Shown here: positions 37,931 through 49,536 of the stretch, piece after piece | Position numbering within the stretch: the first letter of the stretch is position 1 | Layout of the letters: the number at the start of each line of letters is the position of its first letter | NCBI RefSeq assembly: GCF_036321535.1 | Contig: NC_087437.1 | Location: forward strand, 15,564,001 to 15,628,000 | Source: Camelus dromedarius | Taxonomy: Eukaryota | Direction: 5' to 3' | Length of the DNA stretch: 64,000 nt | Position numbers and translations under genes: made by a program | Notes under the pieces: generated by a model | Told to the model about the DNA's origin: nothing | What the model saw: the letters and a program-made list of their open reading frames with translations, nothing else | Database searches by the model: none

Positions 37931-40900
37931 ATCCTGGTGTCGTCCGACAGGCCACCCCAGCCTCAGGAGCACCATGAGGAGGGGTCTCCAGGGAGCTGCA
38001 GGGATCTCCCAAGTCAATGTTGATGGAGGGAAATAGAGCCTTCAATCCTGCATCGATGGCTCCTGACCGCACAAGACAGCTTTCACTCAAACAGCAACCA
38101 GCAGCTAAGAGGCCAACTTTCCAGAAAGAAGCCCATTGGCTTCTTTTTAAATAGACTTTTAACACTCTTGTTGAGCTTTAAAAATGCCCAAAGAAGCTTT
38201 TACAGACAAAATGGTTTTCCTCCTGCAATCAGGTTGACATGTTCTCTCTGCTGCGTTTCTCCTGGGAGGTGGGGAAGGGGATCTGATCCTGATGAAACAG
38301 ACACGAGAGGGTTCACAATGCCCACGCTCACCGTCGTCCGTCCTGAGGGCAGGACAATCACAAAGGATTTGGGGGCAGGAGGCCTCCCAACACCGTCAGT
38401 ATCTTGGCTACATTTCATTGTAACATAATGAAATGGTCAGTGTTAATTTCCAGATCCCTTTGGTGTTCACAAACACGCTGATACATGTACATATCGGCAA
38501 AGGGTTCACTGGACAATTTGTTGTTCCACAGTCACTTCTTTTACATAAACATTTCCTCGTCTTCCCTCATCAGCACTTTGCCCAGATGGGAGCTGCAAGG
38601 GGCCCCTCACCCCTTACATCTGTTCTCCATTAATCAATTGCTCTTGGCTATTCGCGGCAGGGCTTCCCCTCTGCCCTCAGTGGCACAGGGTGGTGGGGGC
38701 ATCACTGCCAGGTCCCCGCACAGCCAGGGTGAAATGACAGCTGATTCCTTGTGTCACAGAGGCAGTCAGCCATCCCCCTGGATGGAAACAAAGCAATCTC
38801 AGTACAAGGTGAGGGCAGTGGGTCCCCCGGGAAGAAGAGCACTCCTCAATCGATCTGTGGTCCTGATTGCTTCCCGCAGGCAAACACCGTGAGCACACCC
38901 AGCCAGGTGGCAATCTCTGTCTTTCCGTAAATTCACATTTCCCAAAGAGGCAAAGGAGCTCGTTGTCTGGCATAAACTTCTTAGTTGGGAAAAAGAACCG
39001 ATGACTTAAGATGTTGTAACTCAACAGCTTTTGGGGTCAACAGCCATGTAAATAAAACCAGTGGTCTATAATTTCATTTTTGAAAGGACAAATTGATGTT
39101 CACTCCAAACATGGACTGATCATTTATTCTAAATGCAAGGTACTGTTTCATCATGAGATGAAATAACACACAAGTTCGGCGTGGCTCCTCCTTCCTGGAG
39201 CGCTGTGCACTGCCTGCATTTGCGCTCCACGCCGGTGGGTTGCGTGGCCACCTCCTGGAGCCCAGCAGTGGTCGGGATGCCTCCAGAGTGTCCTCTGGCC
39301 TATGGTGGGAGTTGACTGGTTGTTCATCAGTGGGTGAGGTTGCTAGGAGGCCAGGGTTTACCCCCTGGTCTGAATAATCTCCTGCTTATTTGGTCTTCGT
39401 CCGCGCTTGGCTACCTTGAAGGCAGAATTGGCAAACACATGGCATACCTCACCCTTCAATCCCGAGTCTGTAGATCACTAGCCAATCATAGCACTCTTTC
39501 CTACTGATCCCCACGTGACCTCAGAATCCTTCTTAACACAGTCCTCCAGGCAGCAATGACCAAACATCTGGAGAGCTGGTTTAAGTCCAGATTCCCTTCT
39601 CATTCTCAAACCCTCGTGACCCAGCTTTGCCACTGGATATACCAAGGACCTTGAGGATCTCTGTCTCTTTTATGTCTCATCCTGCAGGTGCTTCTTTTTA
39701 GAGGAGGTACTTTAGGACAACGATGCTCAAAGAATCAGGAGCTCTGAGTATTCACTGGACCGTTGTTTTCCGAGACATCAGCTCTCCCGAAGACAGTCCC
39801 GTGTACTCAGGCTGTGCCGGGAGAAAATTTTTCTGCTTTTTGGTCTTAAATAACCAAAGATTTGCCATTTTGCAGTGGAGTTGGAGGAGTAGGTCAGATA
39901 TGGAACACAGCAGGATGGACCAAATTTCCTCACCCAGGGAGACGCAGGAGTCACTGGTGGGCACCACGAGTTTGTCGCAGGTTCCTGGGGGCTGGGGATG
40001 TGTTTACTGTGTTTGGGGCCCAGGAGCAGATGGAGGTAGTCTGGGGGAGAGAATTGACTTTGGTTCAGTATCTTTTGACTCAGGAATTCAGGGGGAACAT
40101 CCGAGAGAGGGTATTCCAATTGCTGCCTGATTTTCAGTTTTCCTTAGTTCTGCTCGCAAAATCAGAGAGAAGCAACATCCTGTCGGGGCTGTTGCTTCCC
40201 CTTTGGTCCTTCTGCTGGGTCGTCTCCAGCCCCTTGCCCTCAGGCAAGAGAGAAGCCCGCAGCGCAGTCTGCCGGGGGCTGCAGGGCTGGATTTTAACAC
40301 AGCAGGGCCCTTCAGATGTTCCACCACTGACAATCCCAGGTCTACCACCTGCCAGCATCTGTTCACGGAGACACAGCATCACAAACTCTCCAGACTGGAA
40401 GGGACTTTAGAGGTCATCCACTCCAGCCCCAGGCTGGCATTTTCAGACTGTTCTAGTAATTCAAGAGTTCCTCCTTCTATTCTGTGGAGATTGTTTGTTC
40501 TGACTTCCTCTTAACTATGCTGTTAAAGATGTGGTCCACCTGTGGGCTCCTTCGTAAGGAGAAGCGTGATGGGGCTCGTCGTGTTTGTGGGTCTAGCAGT
40601 CAGGGGTGCAGCGGGCCAGATATGGGAACGTGAGTTTTTTTGTCCTTCACATTACAGCTGTTAAGAATGGTCTCCATGGTTACAGCAGCTTCTCAGAGGT
40701 ATCTTGATTTTCATTTTCTGTACTTCCCTAAATGTCTAATTTATGAATAATCTGCTTAAGCAACCTGCTGAAAAGTTTCTGCAAAGTATATGAATATCAA
40801 CAAATATATATTTATGTATATTCAAAACAATCAAAAAAGTAGGCTGATAGGCATTTCTGGAATTTTTTTTTCTTTCACTAAAAACAGAAATTAGGATCGA

Positions 40901-41180
40901 CTTAAAAAACTTCAAGTTAAACAAGATTCAATGAAAGAAACACCGCCTTCACGTTCTTCAAAGGCATGTGAGCCAGAGAGGGGCTGGAGCTAACCTAATT
41001 ATGTTTCCTTTAATGTGAAATAGCATCTCACCATCACATTCAAATAGCTGGGAGATTGATTTTTTTTCCCTAGTGCTCCCTTTGAACATGAAAGTGTTTT
41101 TTCCTGTTTTTCCTCCCCTTGTGAGAACAATGATAAGAATGGATCGATAATTACATTGTTGGATAAAAATGAATATAAAT

Positions 41181-41186
41181 TTTATT
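41181..41186 (-). terminator. KY: Probable KY polyadenylation signal (AATAAA on minus strand)
   Basis: TTTATT on the plus strand at 41181-41186, about 3.5 kb past the KY stop, in a U/GU-rich context. Confidence 0.6.
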
Positions 41187-42226
41187 GAAAAACAACACCA
41201 GCAACAATGTGGGGAAAGCATACTCAACAGCCACTGGCCCACACAACTCAATGCACACATTATGAAAAGTCAACACCTCTTCAGAGTTCCAGCTACTCAC
41301 TCAAATGAAAAGAACTGATCGACCTCAGGTAAACACTGACGTGGGACACAGATGCCCCCCACCTCTGAACACTGTGCCAGTGGCAAAGGACGCAACAGTA
41401 CAGTTCTCTCGCTGGCTGAGGGTGAGCTAGTGTATTTCAAGGACTCACTGCTTTGGAGAGAATCTTGTCTTCTAAGACCCAAGACCACTGGGAAAACGTT
41501 TTTACTATTCAAGTCCTTTGGAGAAGAGGATTTCACAAAATTTCTTGGCAACTTGTCCCTCCTGCTTAACAACAGGAAATACTTCTTTATGTCTAGCCTC
41601 AATCCTTCATGCTTCAGTTATCTATTTATCTCCTTTTACTCTCAGCAGGCTGTAAGGAGTTTGTCCCGGAGGGACAATGTAACATAGGGGGAACACACAA
41701 TGATCACAATCAGATTGTTGAAAACGGAGTCCAGCTGTGTTGGTGGCGCTTCCGAAACAAGTTGAAGGTAATTGCGGTTGTGGTTGTAGCCCATTCGTGC
41801 TATCCCACTCCTCAGTTCTCCCCAACCCTCCCCAACCCTTCACACCCTTATGTGGCCTGAGGGCTGCCATCCTAGGACTTGCAGCAAAAGCTCTCTGAGT
41901 TCGATCAGTTTCAATCCTTCACTGGCGTAGGAATGAGTGTGGTCAAAGCTGTCCCATACACTCCTACGGGATTTCTAGGCAAAGCACTCCCCAGTCCTAT
42001 TACATTCGTGTCTTCCCACCACGAGAGGCAGCCCCCAGCCTCGCTTCACAGCTTGTGCGTGGCAACGACGTACTCCATGTACACACAGGAAGCGCTGAGA
42101 AGCCATGAAAAAGCACCCAGTGAATTTAACATAAACATCTCAGTCGCATTTTTCAATTTCTGCCTAAAACCCCAGTGATAGATTCAGCCTCACAGCGTTG
42201 GGGGTCGGGGGTCGGGATGCAGCGCC

Positions 42227-42260
42227 GGCAGATCCGCATATCGGCCACCAGGGGGCGCCC
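42227..42260 (+). promoter_or_regulatory. CTCF binding site (core plus upstream-motif-like element)
   Basis: CGGCCACCAGGGGGCGCCC (42242-42260) versus consensus TGGCCACCAGGGGGCGCTA. GGCAGATCC lies 6 nt upstream, and the site sits in a local CpG-rich patch. Confidence 0.8.
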
Positions 42261-44697
42261 GTGCCATTCCACGGGCCGCTGGGACGCTTCGACCGGGAAA
42301 CAAAGATGGGGATTTGAATAAAAGACTTCAAAACGCAACCCCGAATTCTACCCTGAGCAGCATGCGTGTAAAAATTCATTAAGATTGGATTTCATTTCGT
42401 GTGTTTTTAATTCAGTGGATAGAAATGCAGGTGTTGTCTGACTGTGTCTACAGCTGTCTTTACAAGGGGCGGGGGCGCCTGGTTAATTGAGCAGGGAGGG
42501 GAGGCTGATGCTCCACCTGCGCTTTGAGAGGCTGCGCCTCCTTCTCTGTTCTTGGGAAAGCTCCTATTTTGCTGGGTGGCATCCTTTGCACGCCCCAGAA
42601 TGTATTGATTAATTACATTGCTTTGTAAAGGATGCATGTCGTTCTCAGCAGGACTAGATGAGCCAGCCAGCTCTGGGTCCAGTGAGTGACATGAGTCATA
42701 GAAGGCACTTATTATTTTGATGAAACACAGCATGTTGCTTTCAGCCTATAAAATCAAAAGAATGAGAAAAGGCTGTTTTCAGGGTGTAAACCCTCCCTTG
42801 TTTCCCTGTTGTGGTGCACAGTGATTCCGCCTCTGTGGCCTTTGTGCATTTTCCAGGCGTGAGTGACATGGTGCTGAATGCCTGGGTGGCAGAGCCTGCC
42901 AGAGGATGCTGGACACAGGCCAGGGCGGCTCAGCCCCCCAAGGTGTACTGCCCTTGTGTTCCAGGGCCCCCAGCCTGGTACAGAACAGGCACCCCATCAC
43001 ATTGCTCTGGACTGGGTCCATGCTGGGTGGCAGTGGGGATCTTTGGGGGTGGAACCCCAGGGAATGATGGACTGAAGTGTTGGAAGACTGGAACTTGAGA
43101 CAGGTGTGGGCAGGGGTGGCTGCTGCCACCCACCTTGAGCTCTGGGATGGTGGGGCAGGGCCCTTCCATTCCCTCTGTAGCCCCAGTGTGGAGGGTCAGT
43201 GTGGTGCTTATTAAGTGCTCCACGAATAAATGAGGAGGTTCTGAGGATCCTGGCTGGCCCTGGCTGTAACTGAGCCCAGGGGCATTTGGAGGGTAGGCAG
43301 TGTGGGCAGAGTGCTGGGCAGTGCTGCCCCTCAGGGGCCAAGGTGCTGAAAGGCAGGGGCTGTAGAGCTGGAGAAGCAGGAGGGCCGTAGGGACCACCTC
43401 CAGTGTCTCCATGTGCTGGGATGGCGCTGCTGTGGCCACACATGGCCGCTCAAGGCCCCTCCATCCTTCCCTCTCATTGCCCTCACTGAGACAGCCTTTC
43501 CACTGTTGCCATAGCAACGCTGGCCCGAGGTGCTGCTAAGGGCTGGCTGGGCAGCCGAAGCTTCTCAGGTCAGAGCAAGTAAGGGGCTCGGAACTGTCCC
43601 TATAGGAGGGGGGTCCTGGGGGGGTTTCTCTTGTCTAGGAAGGGGAGGGAGGGGATGGGATAGGGACAAGCACAGAAATCGCTCCCAGGGCAGATCGGCA
43701 TCTCCGCAGGCATGGCTTTGGTGGTAGGGATCTTGGGGGCTGACGGGGCCCTGTTATCCTGGGGGTCCCCCTGGCACTGCAGCATTTGCACTCCTCCTTG
43801 CCTGGGTCTTTAGTTAGGGTGATGGCCAGGGTTCCCCAAGGGCCCAGCCTCATGAGGCTCCCTGTAATGGGTGCCAGCTGCAGCCTGAGGCACAGGCTCT
43901 AGGGGGACCTGCAGGGGCCGAGTGAACCGAATCAGTCCCTCTGAGAGCAGAGTTGGAGGTCTCATGCCCTTAGGCTCAGGTGGCAGGACTGCCATGTGTC
44001 CCTGAACCCCCTGGCCCCCACCCAGGACACTCAAGAGTGGGCACTGGCTGCTCTTTGCCTTGGTATCTCCCATAACTTTTCTGTTGCCACATTCCCAGCA
44101 CACACAGGCATTGTGGAGGCCCTCTGCCTCCAGCCACTTGAGGGGCAATTAGCTTCCTCTCCACACCCTCCTCCCCAGCCCTCAAAGAGCAAGGAGTGGC
44201 AGCAGGAATGCGGAAGGTGGTCAGGTCTGGGGTAAAAATGGTAGTGCCACCTCCCCCTGGGGTTGGGGAGCTGGTGAGAAACACTGTGATGCTACTTGAG
44301 GGGGGTGCGAGGATTCAGGATGACCCAGCCTCGCAGGGCACGTACCTCTTCTCTCGCCCCACCGCGGCCCGGGCAGCATGCCTGCATTCCCACACCAGCC
44401 CTGTAGCAACCACAGCAGTATCAGCACGAGAAGGGGGCATCTGGGCAGTGGGGTACAGTTTACAATACCTTGGATTTACATAGCACCTTTTTCTTCTAAA
44501 GGGCCTTTGCCTCTGTCCCCTCGGCCATCAGAACACAAGCATCACTGCTCCGGCGGCGGAGCAGGGAGACTGAGGCAGAGGCCTAGACGGGATTCCATGC
44601 AGACGCAGTGGTGTCCGGGGCTCTCTGCACTGCCCCTGGGCCGTCCCCAGGCGGGCCTGGCGGAGGGCCCCGGCAGGCGGTGGTGGGGCCCAGGCCG

Positions 44698-45593
44698 TCA
44701 CTGGGCATTCACTTTGTATTTCAAGATGTAGGAGTAGAAGTTGTGGTTGGCATTCTCCAGCACCATGACGTAGACTTCCTGGCAGCCGGCCGTGCTGCAG
44801 CTGCCCTCCCAGTAGCCCTCGTGGTTCAGGGTCAGGGGCCACGTGTCCTGCCCCTTCACCAGGGCCTTGGCGACGCCGTGCAGCTTCAGTTTGAACGGGA
44901 CGTTGTGGTTGGCAGGAAGCACGCCCGACAGGGGCTCCAGCAGCTCGTTGTCCGGCCCCCAGTTGCCGAAGCTCTCGGGGAACACGGGCCAGTTCACCTT
45001 GGCGTTGGTGCAGCACAGGAGGTAATTGAAAACGAAGATGTAGTTGCCTGGTTCCTGCCTCTTCTTGACGAAGATCTTGAGGGCAAACTTGCCGGCGTGG
45101 GGCAGCTGGACTTTGAGCTCTGTCCGCTTCTCCCGGTGCAGCTGGAAGATGTAGCGCCGCTGCGTCTCCTCGGTGATGGGGCCGTCGTCCCCGTGCAGCG
45201 ACGCCAGGACGCTGATGCCCTCCTCCACGCCGAAGCTGACGGAGCAGCGCCCGTCGCTGGTGTAGATGACCGGCTCAAGGTGGGACGGCTTCACGATGCC
45301 CATCTGCTCCGAGAACCAGCTGGGGCCCACAGGCTGGTGCAGCTCCGCAGGCAGTGGGACGTCCATGTCGGTGTAGTGGCACTTGAGCGTGTACTCCAGC
45401 ACCGAGCTGTAGATCTCCGAGTTGCCCTTGGCGAAGATCTGCAGCTTGTGGGTGCCCACGGTCGGCGGGTAGACGTCCAGCTTCATCCCGTTCTTCCTGA
45501 GGTTCAGCAGCCCGTGCTCCTGCTTACCGTTGAGCATAAACATGAACAGCGTCGGGGCGCAGCTCTCGATGGTGACCGTGGCTTTCCCGTTCA
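44698..45593 (-). CDS. KY: Kyphoscoliosis peptidase, last coding exon (VNGKATVTIES...YSYILKYKVNAQ*), 896 nt
   Basis: Boundary tccacag|TG AAC (phase 1); stop TGA at 44698-44700. Peptide recognised as the KY C-terminus. Confidence 0.96.
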
Positions 45594-47512
45594 CTGTGGA
45601 GAGGAGCCAGGGTCAGGTGAGATGGAGTCAGCATGTGCCCACGTGCCAGTAAGTGTTTAACAATAGGATCTCTGGGGGAAAGGCCCTGACTTACAGCCTC
45701 TGCCCATTTCCACGGCAGAGATACCTTCACTATGATAGCTTTCAGCCACAAGTGTGACGTCACTGAACAGGATCTCAGCCGCGGCTGCACACCCCTGGAA
45801 GGGCTCCCCTACTCCCTCAAGGTGGTTTTCTTCCAGAGAGCTGAAAGCTGGGGGTCGATCTCAAGAAAAAAAATCTGCCCCCTAGCTGTATCGCTTTGCC
45901 CATTTAATTCACATCAGATGAAGACTGCACAGAGGGTTAGCCTGATTCCAGGGCAGGGAGAGACGCTGGTTGGAGAGCCACCCTTTGACCGTCACCTCCA
46001 AATTTCATCTTACTTTCACTCTGCTCCCTCCAGCATCAGATCATTACAGTGTCATGGCTGTCATGTCCATGCATTACCTTTAAAAGCTGATTGGAGCGGC
46101 TTCCCTCCAGGAAACTGTGCTCAAGGGGTGGGGCTGCTTCCTTGTCTCCCCCTCTCCCCTACCCCAGGCTTCTTGATGGAAGTCAGTGGCTGCATGGGAG
46201 GGTCTTCTGCGTCCACCCCTCCCACCGCTCCCCTTGCCGTCCAGCGCTGTCTTCTCTGTCCTGGTCAGTTCTCTGGTCTTTGCAGCCCAGGGCACTCTCC
46301 TACCTGGTCCTCCCTGCCTTGCAGGACCACAGGGAGGGGCAGGGTTTCTCTGAGAGCCTCGCCTTGCCTTCCTCTCAGAAGATGATCCCCTGCTCCTCAT
46401 CCCAGCCACCTCCCTGGCCCCATTCACGGATGAGCACAAAGGAAGGAGACAGACTAGTGTCTGATCCATGCTAGTAACTCTCCCCAGCCAGGGGTCCAGT
46501 GCTCTTGCTGGGGAGGGGGAAAGCCATGCCCAGGCTTTAGGACAAGTGTCCCAAGACTTCCGATCTAATCAGCCACGAGGTCCCCTGAAGCCAAGCTGCT
46601 CAGCTACTACATTCAGCGCTACCTCCCATCTTGGGAGTGAGAATCCCCACACAGGCCACAGGACAGGGATGGAGGCTCAGCTGGCCTCTCCCCTCCGCCT
46701 TCCTCATGGTCCCTCCATCTGGAAGACTTTCCCTCCCTTCTCAGGCACGGCTGACTCCTTACCTACCTTATTCTCCCAAACCCCTCCCTGCCACAGTTCC
46801 CTTCCACCAGTTCAGCTCTCTGATATCTGGCCTCTGCTTCTACTCTCCAAAGTCTTCAGTGACTTCCTTGGAGAATCTGGGCTGCTGGCCATGCCCTCCT
46901 GGAAGTCCTCTCCTCACCTTTCGTCCACCGCCCTCTCCATCCTGGCCTCTCCCCACCCCTGTGATCCACCATCCGATCTCTGTTACCATCCCTTCTCTTC
47001 CCATTACACTAACTGTGAGATCTTTGTGCTTTTGTGCTATTTTCTTTGTCTACACTTTCTCCACTGCTGTCAGCCACTGTGGGACAACTGTTCCTGGAAA
47101 CCTCCAAAGGAAAGTGACCAAGAGCAGTAGACTTGAATCCCTCTTCTCCCTTCTCTTTTTCTTCTAAGCCACTCAAGGGGCAGAAGCTATCTCAGCCCTC
47201 AACTCCTCGTGGCCCCCAGCCTGCTCCATCTTGTTTCCCAGGTGGTAGTGAGGTCCCTGTGCAGTTCACCTTGGATGCACAGGGCCTGCCAGCACCTCCA
47301 CACAGCAGCCCAAGGGCTCCTGCAAATATACACGCAGTCACTAGTGGGCTCAATTCTGTGGGTCACCATCAAACTGGAGACCAGTGAAGAGGCCTCCAGC
47401 AGCACACCCCTTCACATCCTGGGGCCCTCACACCTGCTGTTCCCTCTTCCACTGTCCCCAAACCTGGATAAGACCTTAACGTAATGTTCTGACTGCAGAG
47501 AAGGCTTTCCTG

Positions 47513-47660
47513 GGGGGGAGGTATAGCTCAGTGGTAGAGCGTGTGCTTAGTATGCACGAGGTCCTGGGTTCAGTACCTCCAATAAAAAATAAGTAAGTAA
47601 GTAAATAAATAAATAAACCTAATTACCTCCCCCCACAAAAAGCAAAACAAAAAAACAAAA
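47513..47660 (+). mobile_element. tRNA-Ala-derived SINE (vic-1-like) with TSD and a small B-box/T-arm deletion
   Basis: GGTATAGCTCAGTGGTAGAGCGTGTGCTTAGTATGCACGAGGTCCTGGGTTCAGTACCTCC; TSD GCTTTCCTG at 47504-47512 and 47661-47669. Confidence 0.88.
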
Positions 47661-49345
47661 GCTTTCCTGATGCCCTGGGGTTAGGCTGAGCTGCCGGGAA
47701 GCCCCTCTCCTCGCCCGAGGCTCCTTCAGGGAACTTAGCACCACTGTGTAATGTCTGTGTTCTGTGTAATGTCTGTCCTCTCTGCTGGCGTGGGCACGTG
47801 GGGAAGGCCCATCTGCCTCCTTTCCTGCCGCGTGCCAGGCCTGGCCAGGGCCCCTGGCCCAGGGGGTTCTTGGCAAAGGTGAGTTGAACAGCTGGGAAGA
47901 CCTGAAGTAAAGGATTGGAGACCCCCAGGGACCCTGTAGGAGCCTGTGATCTCTTCCTTCCCTCGTCCCTCCTTCTCCCTCTCCTGCTCTCCCCTCCCGG
48001 CCTTTTGCCCCCCTCAGTTTCCCTCTCTGCTTTCTTCCCATCTCCACTCTTAACAAAATGAGCTCCAGCAAAGACATAGTCTTTAAATATGCTTCATGAA
48101 TATGCAATCAAATTTTAGGTTACTATATATTGAGAAAGCCAGCGTTAACATGTCTATGTCTCTTGAAAAGGCAAACTCCTTGGTGGCATTGTGTTGACAG
48201 TGGTGTGGCCTGGCCCACTCCTCCCTGTGGCCCTGTGGCCCACGACGGACAGAGCCGGCCCCCGACCTGACATCCGTGCAGCGGCCCTATTCTCAGGACG
48301 GCAGCCTCATGCTGTTATTTTCACAGCAGGAGCTGCCAGGTGTTTGTGGTTTTCAAAAGTATTCCAGAGCTCAGCAGCCTGGTTAAGGAGGCCATTGTGA
48401 GGTGGAAGGGACCAGGCAGCTGGGACCAATGTGGGGGGTGCCTGTGCTCCTCGTGTCCCCATTTCCCTGCAGCATGGCCTGGGGATCACCCGCAGTCTGC
48501 CCCAAGGACCCCACTGTGCTAACACTGGGTGAGCTCACGGCTTCCCTCTTGGGAGCACACAGGCCCCCAGGTGCAGAGACGGGGCCCATGGGCAGTGCTT
48601 GCAGAAAGTATGGGGGCGCACTGACCCGGCTGTGCTAAGCCCTGAGCTGCGGTCCTGGCCCCCCAAGCCCGGCCTGCCATGTGCCCTGGGGTTCACAAAC
48701 ACACCCAGCTGGCTGCCTGATGGGGGAGGTGGGGAGCAAATGTCAGTCCAAGCCAGCCCTGGGGACAGCCCAGTCCCGGTCCTGCACTGCCCAGCCCCAG
48801 GGCAATCGGCTGGAAGAGGCTGGTCCTGCCTCAAGAGGGAAGGAGGCAGAGTAGCGGGCAGAACCAGTAGCACCAGGCCGGGGAGACAAGGCTGTGAGAG
48901 GCCAGGCTATGCCCCTGGAGCCCGGCCCTCGTCTGGGCTGCCTGAGCTCAGATGTCGAAGGGTGGCTGCATCCTTCCTGTCCTGTGATGCTCATTCTCCT
49001 TCAGCTCCCAACACCTAGCTCAGCGGCCACCTCCCTAATGTAGCACCCCCCTAGCACTCTGTCCTGGGAGACCCCCGCTGCTCCCCCACCAGCGGGTTAG
49101 GCCACTGACACACAGATCCCAGCTCTGCGGGGCCAACACATACTCTCTGCCAGGCGTTCGGGAGCATCTGTCAGGCACCTGAGCTGGGAGGTGTGTGTAG
49201 CCAGTCCTCTCCCTGCTGAGTCAGCTGAGGGAGACGCACCCCGCTCGGGACCACCAGCCCTGGCTCCCTGACCTGCTGGGCGGGGAGCGCGGACCTCAGA
49301 GGCTGCAGGAAGAGCTCCTGGCCCGGCTGGGCCAGCTCCGGTTAC

Positions 49346-49536
49346 CTGTTTTGATGGTGGAGGTCTCCGGGTAGGCGCTGAGCATCCCCTTGTTGTAGAA
49401 TTCGCTCTTGTGATACATGTTGTTCTCAAACTGCCTCAGGGACTGTGGAGGCTTTAGCAGCTGCCAGTTCTTGTTGTCTGGGAAATGGTCCTCGATGAAC
49501 AGCGCAGGGTGCGTGAGGAAGTAGAATTCGTTGTAG
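49346..49536 (-). CDS. KY: KY coding exon (YNEFYFLTHPALFIEDHFPDNKNWQLL...STIKT), 191 nt, phase 2-1
   Basis: Boundaries ctccag|C TAC and ACA G|gtaacc. Confidence 0.95.

Larger units (their letters stand above)
41160..44697 (-). other. KY: Probable long KY 3'UTR
   Basis: Largely repeat-poor sequence between the stop codon and the poly(A) signal above; the end point is inferred. Confidence 0.55.

Noticed and set aside
44608..45660. 350-aa plus-strand ORF
   Set aside because: It is the antisense shadow of the KY last exon. High third-position GC removes stops on the opposite strand, it has a GTG start, and the protein is not recognisable.
47744..47776. Short tandem duplication CTGTGTAATGTCTGT (similar case at about 10669-10700)
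   Set aside because: Two-copy slippage duplication with no sign of function; not a CRISPR-like array.
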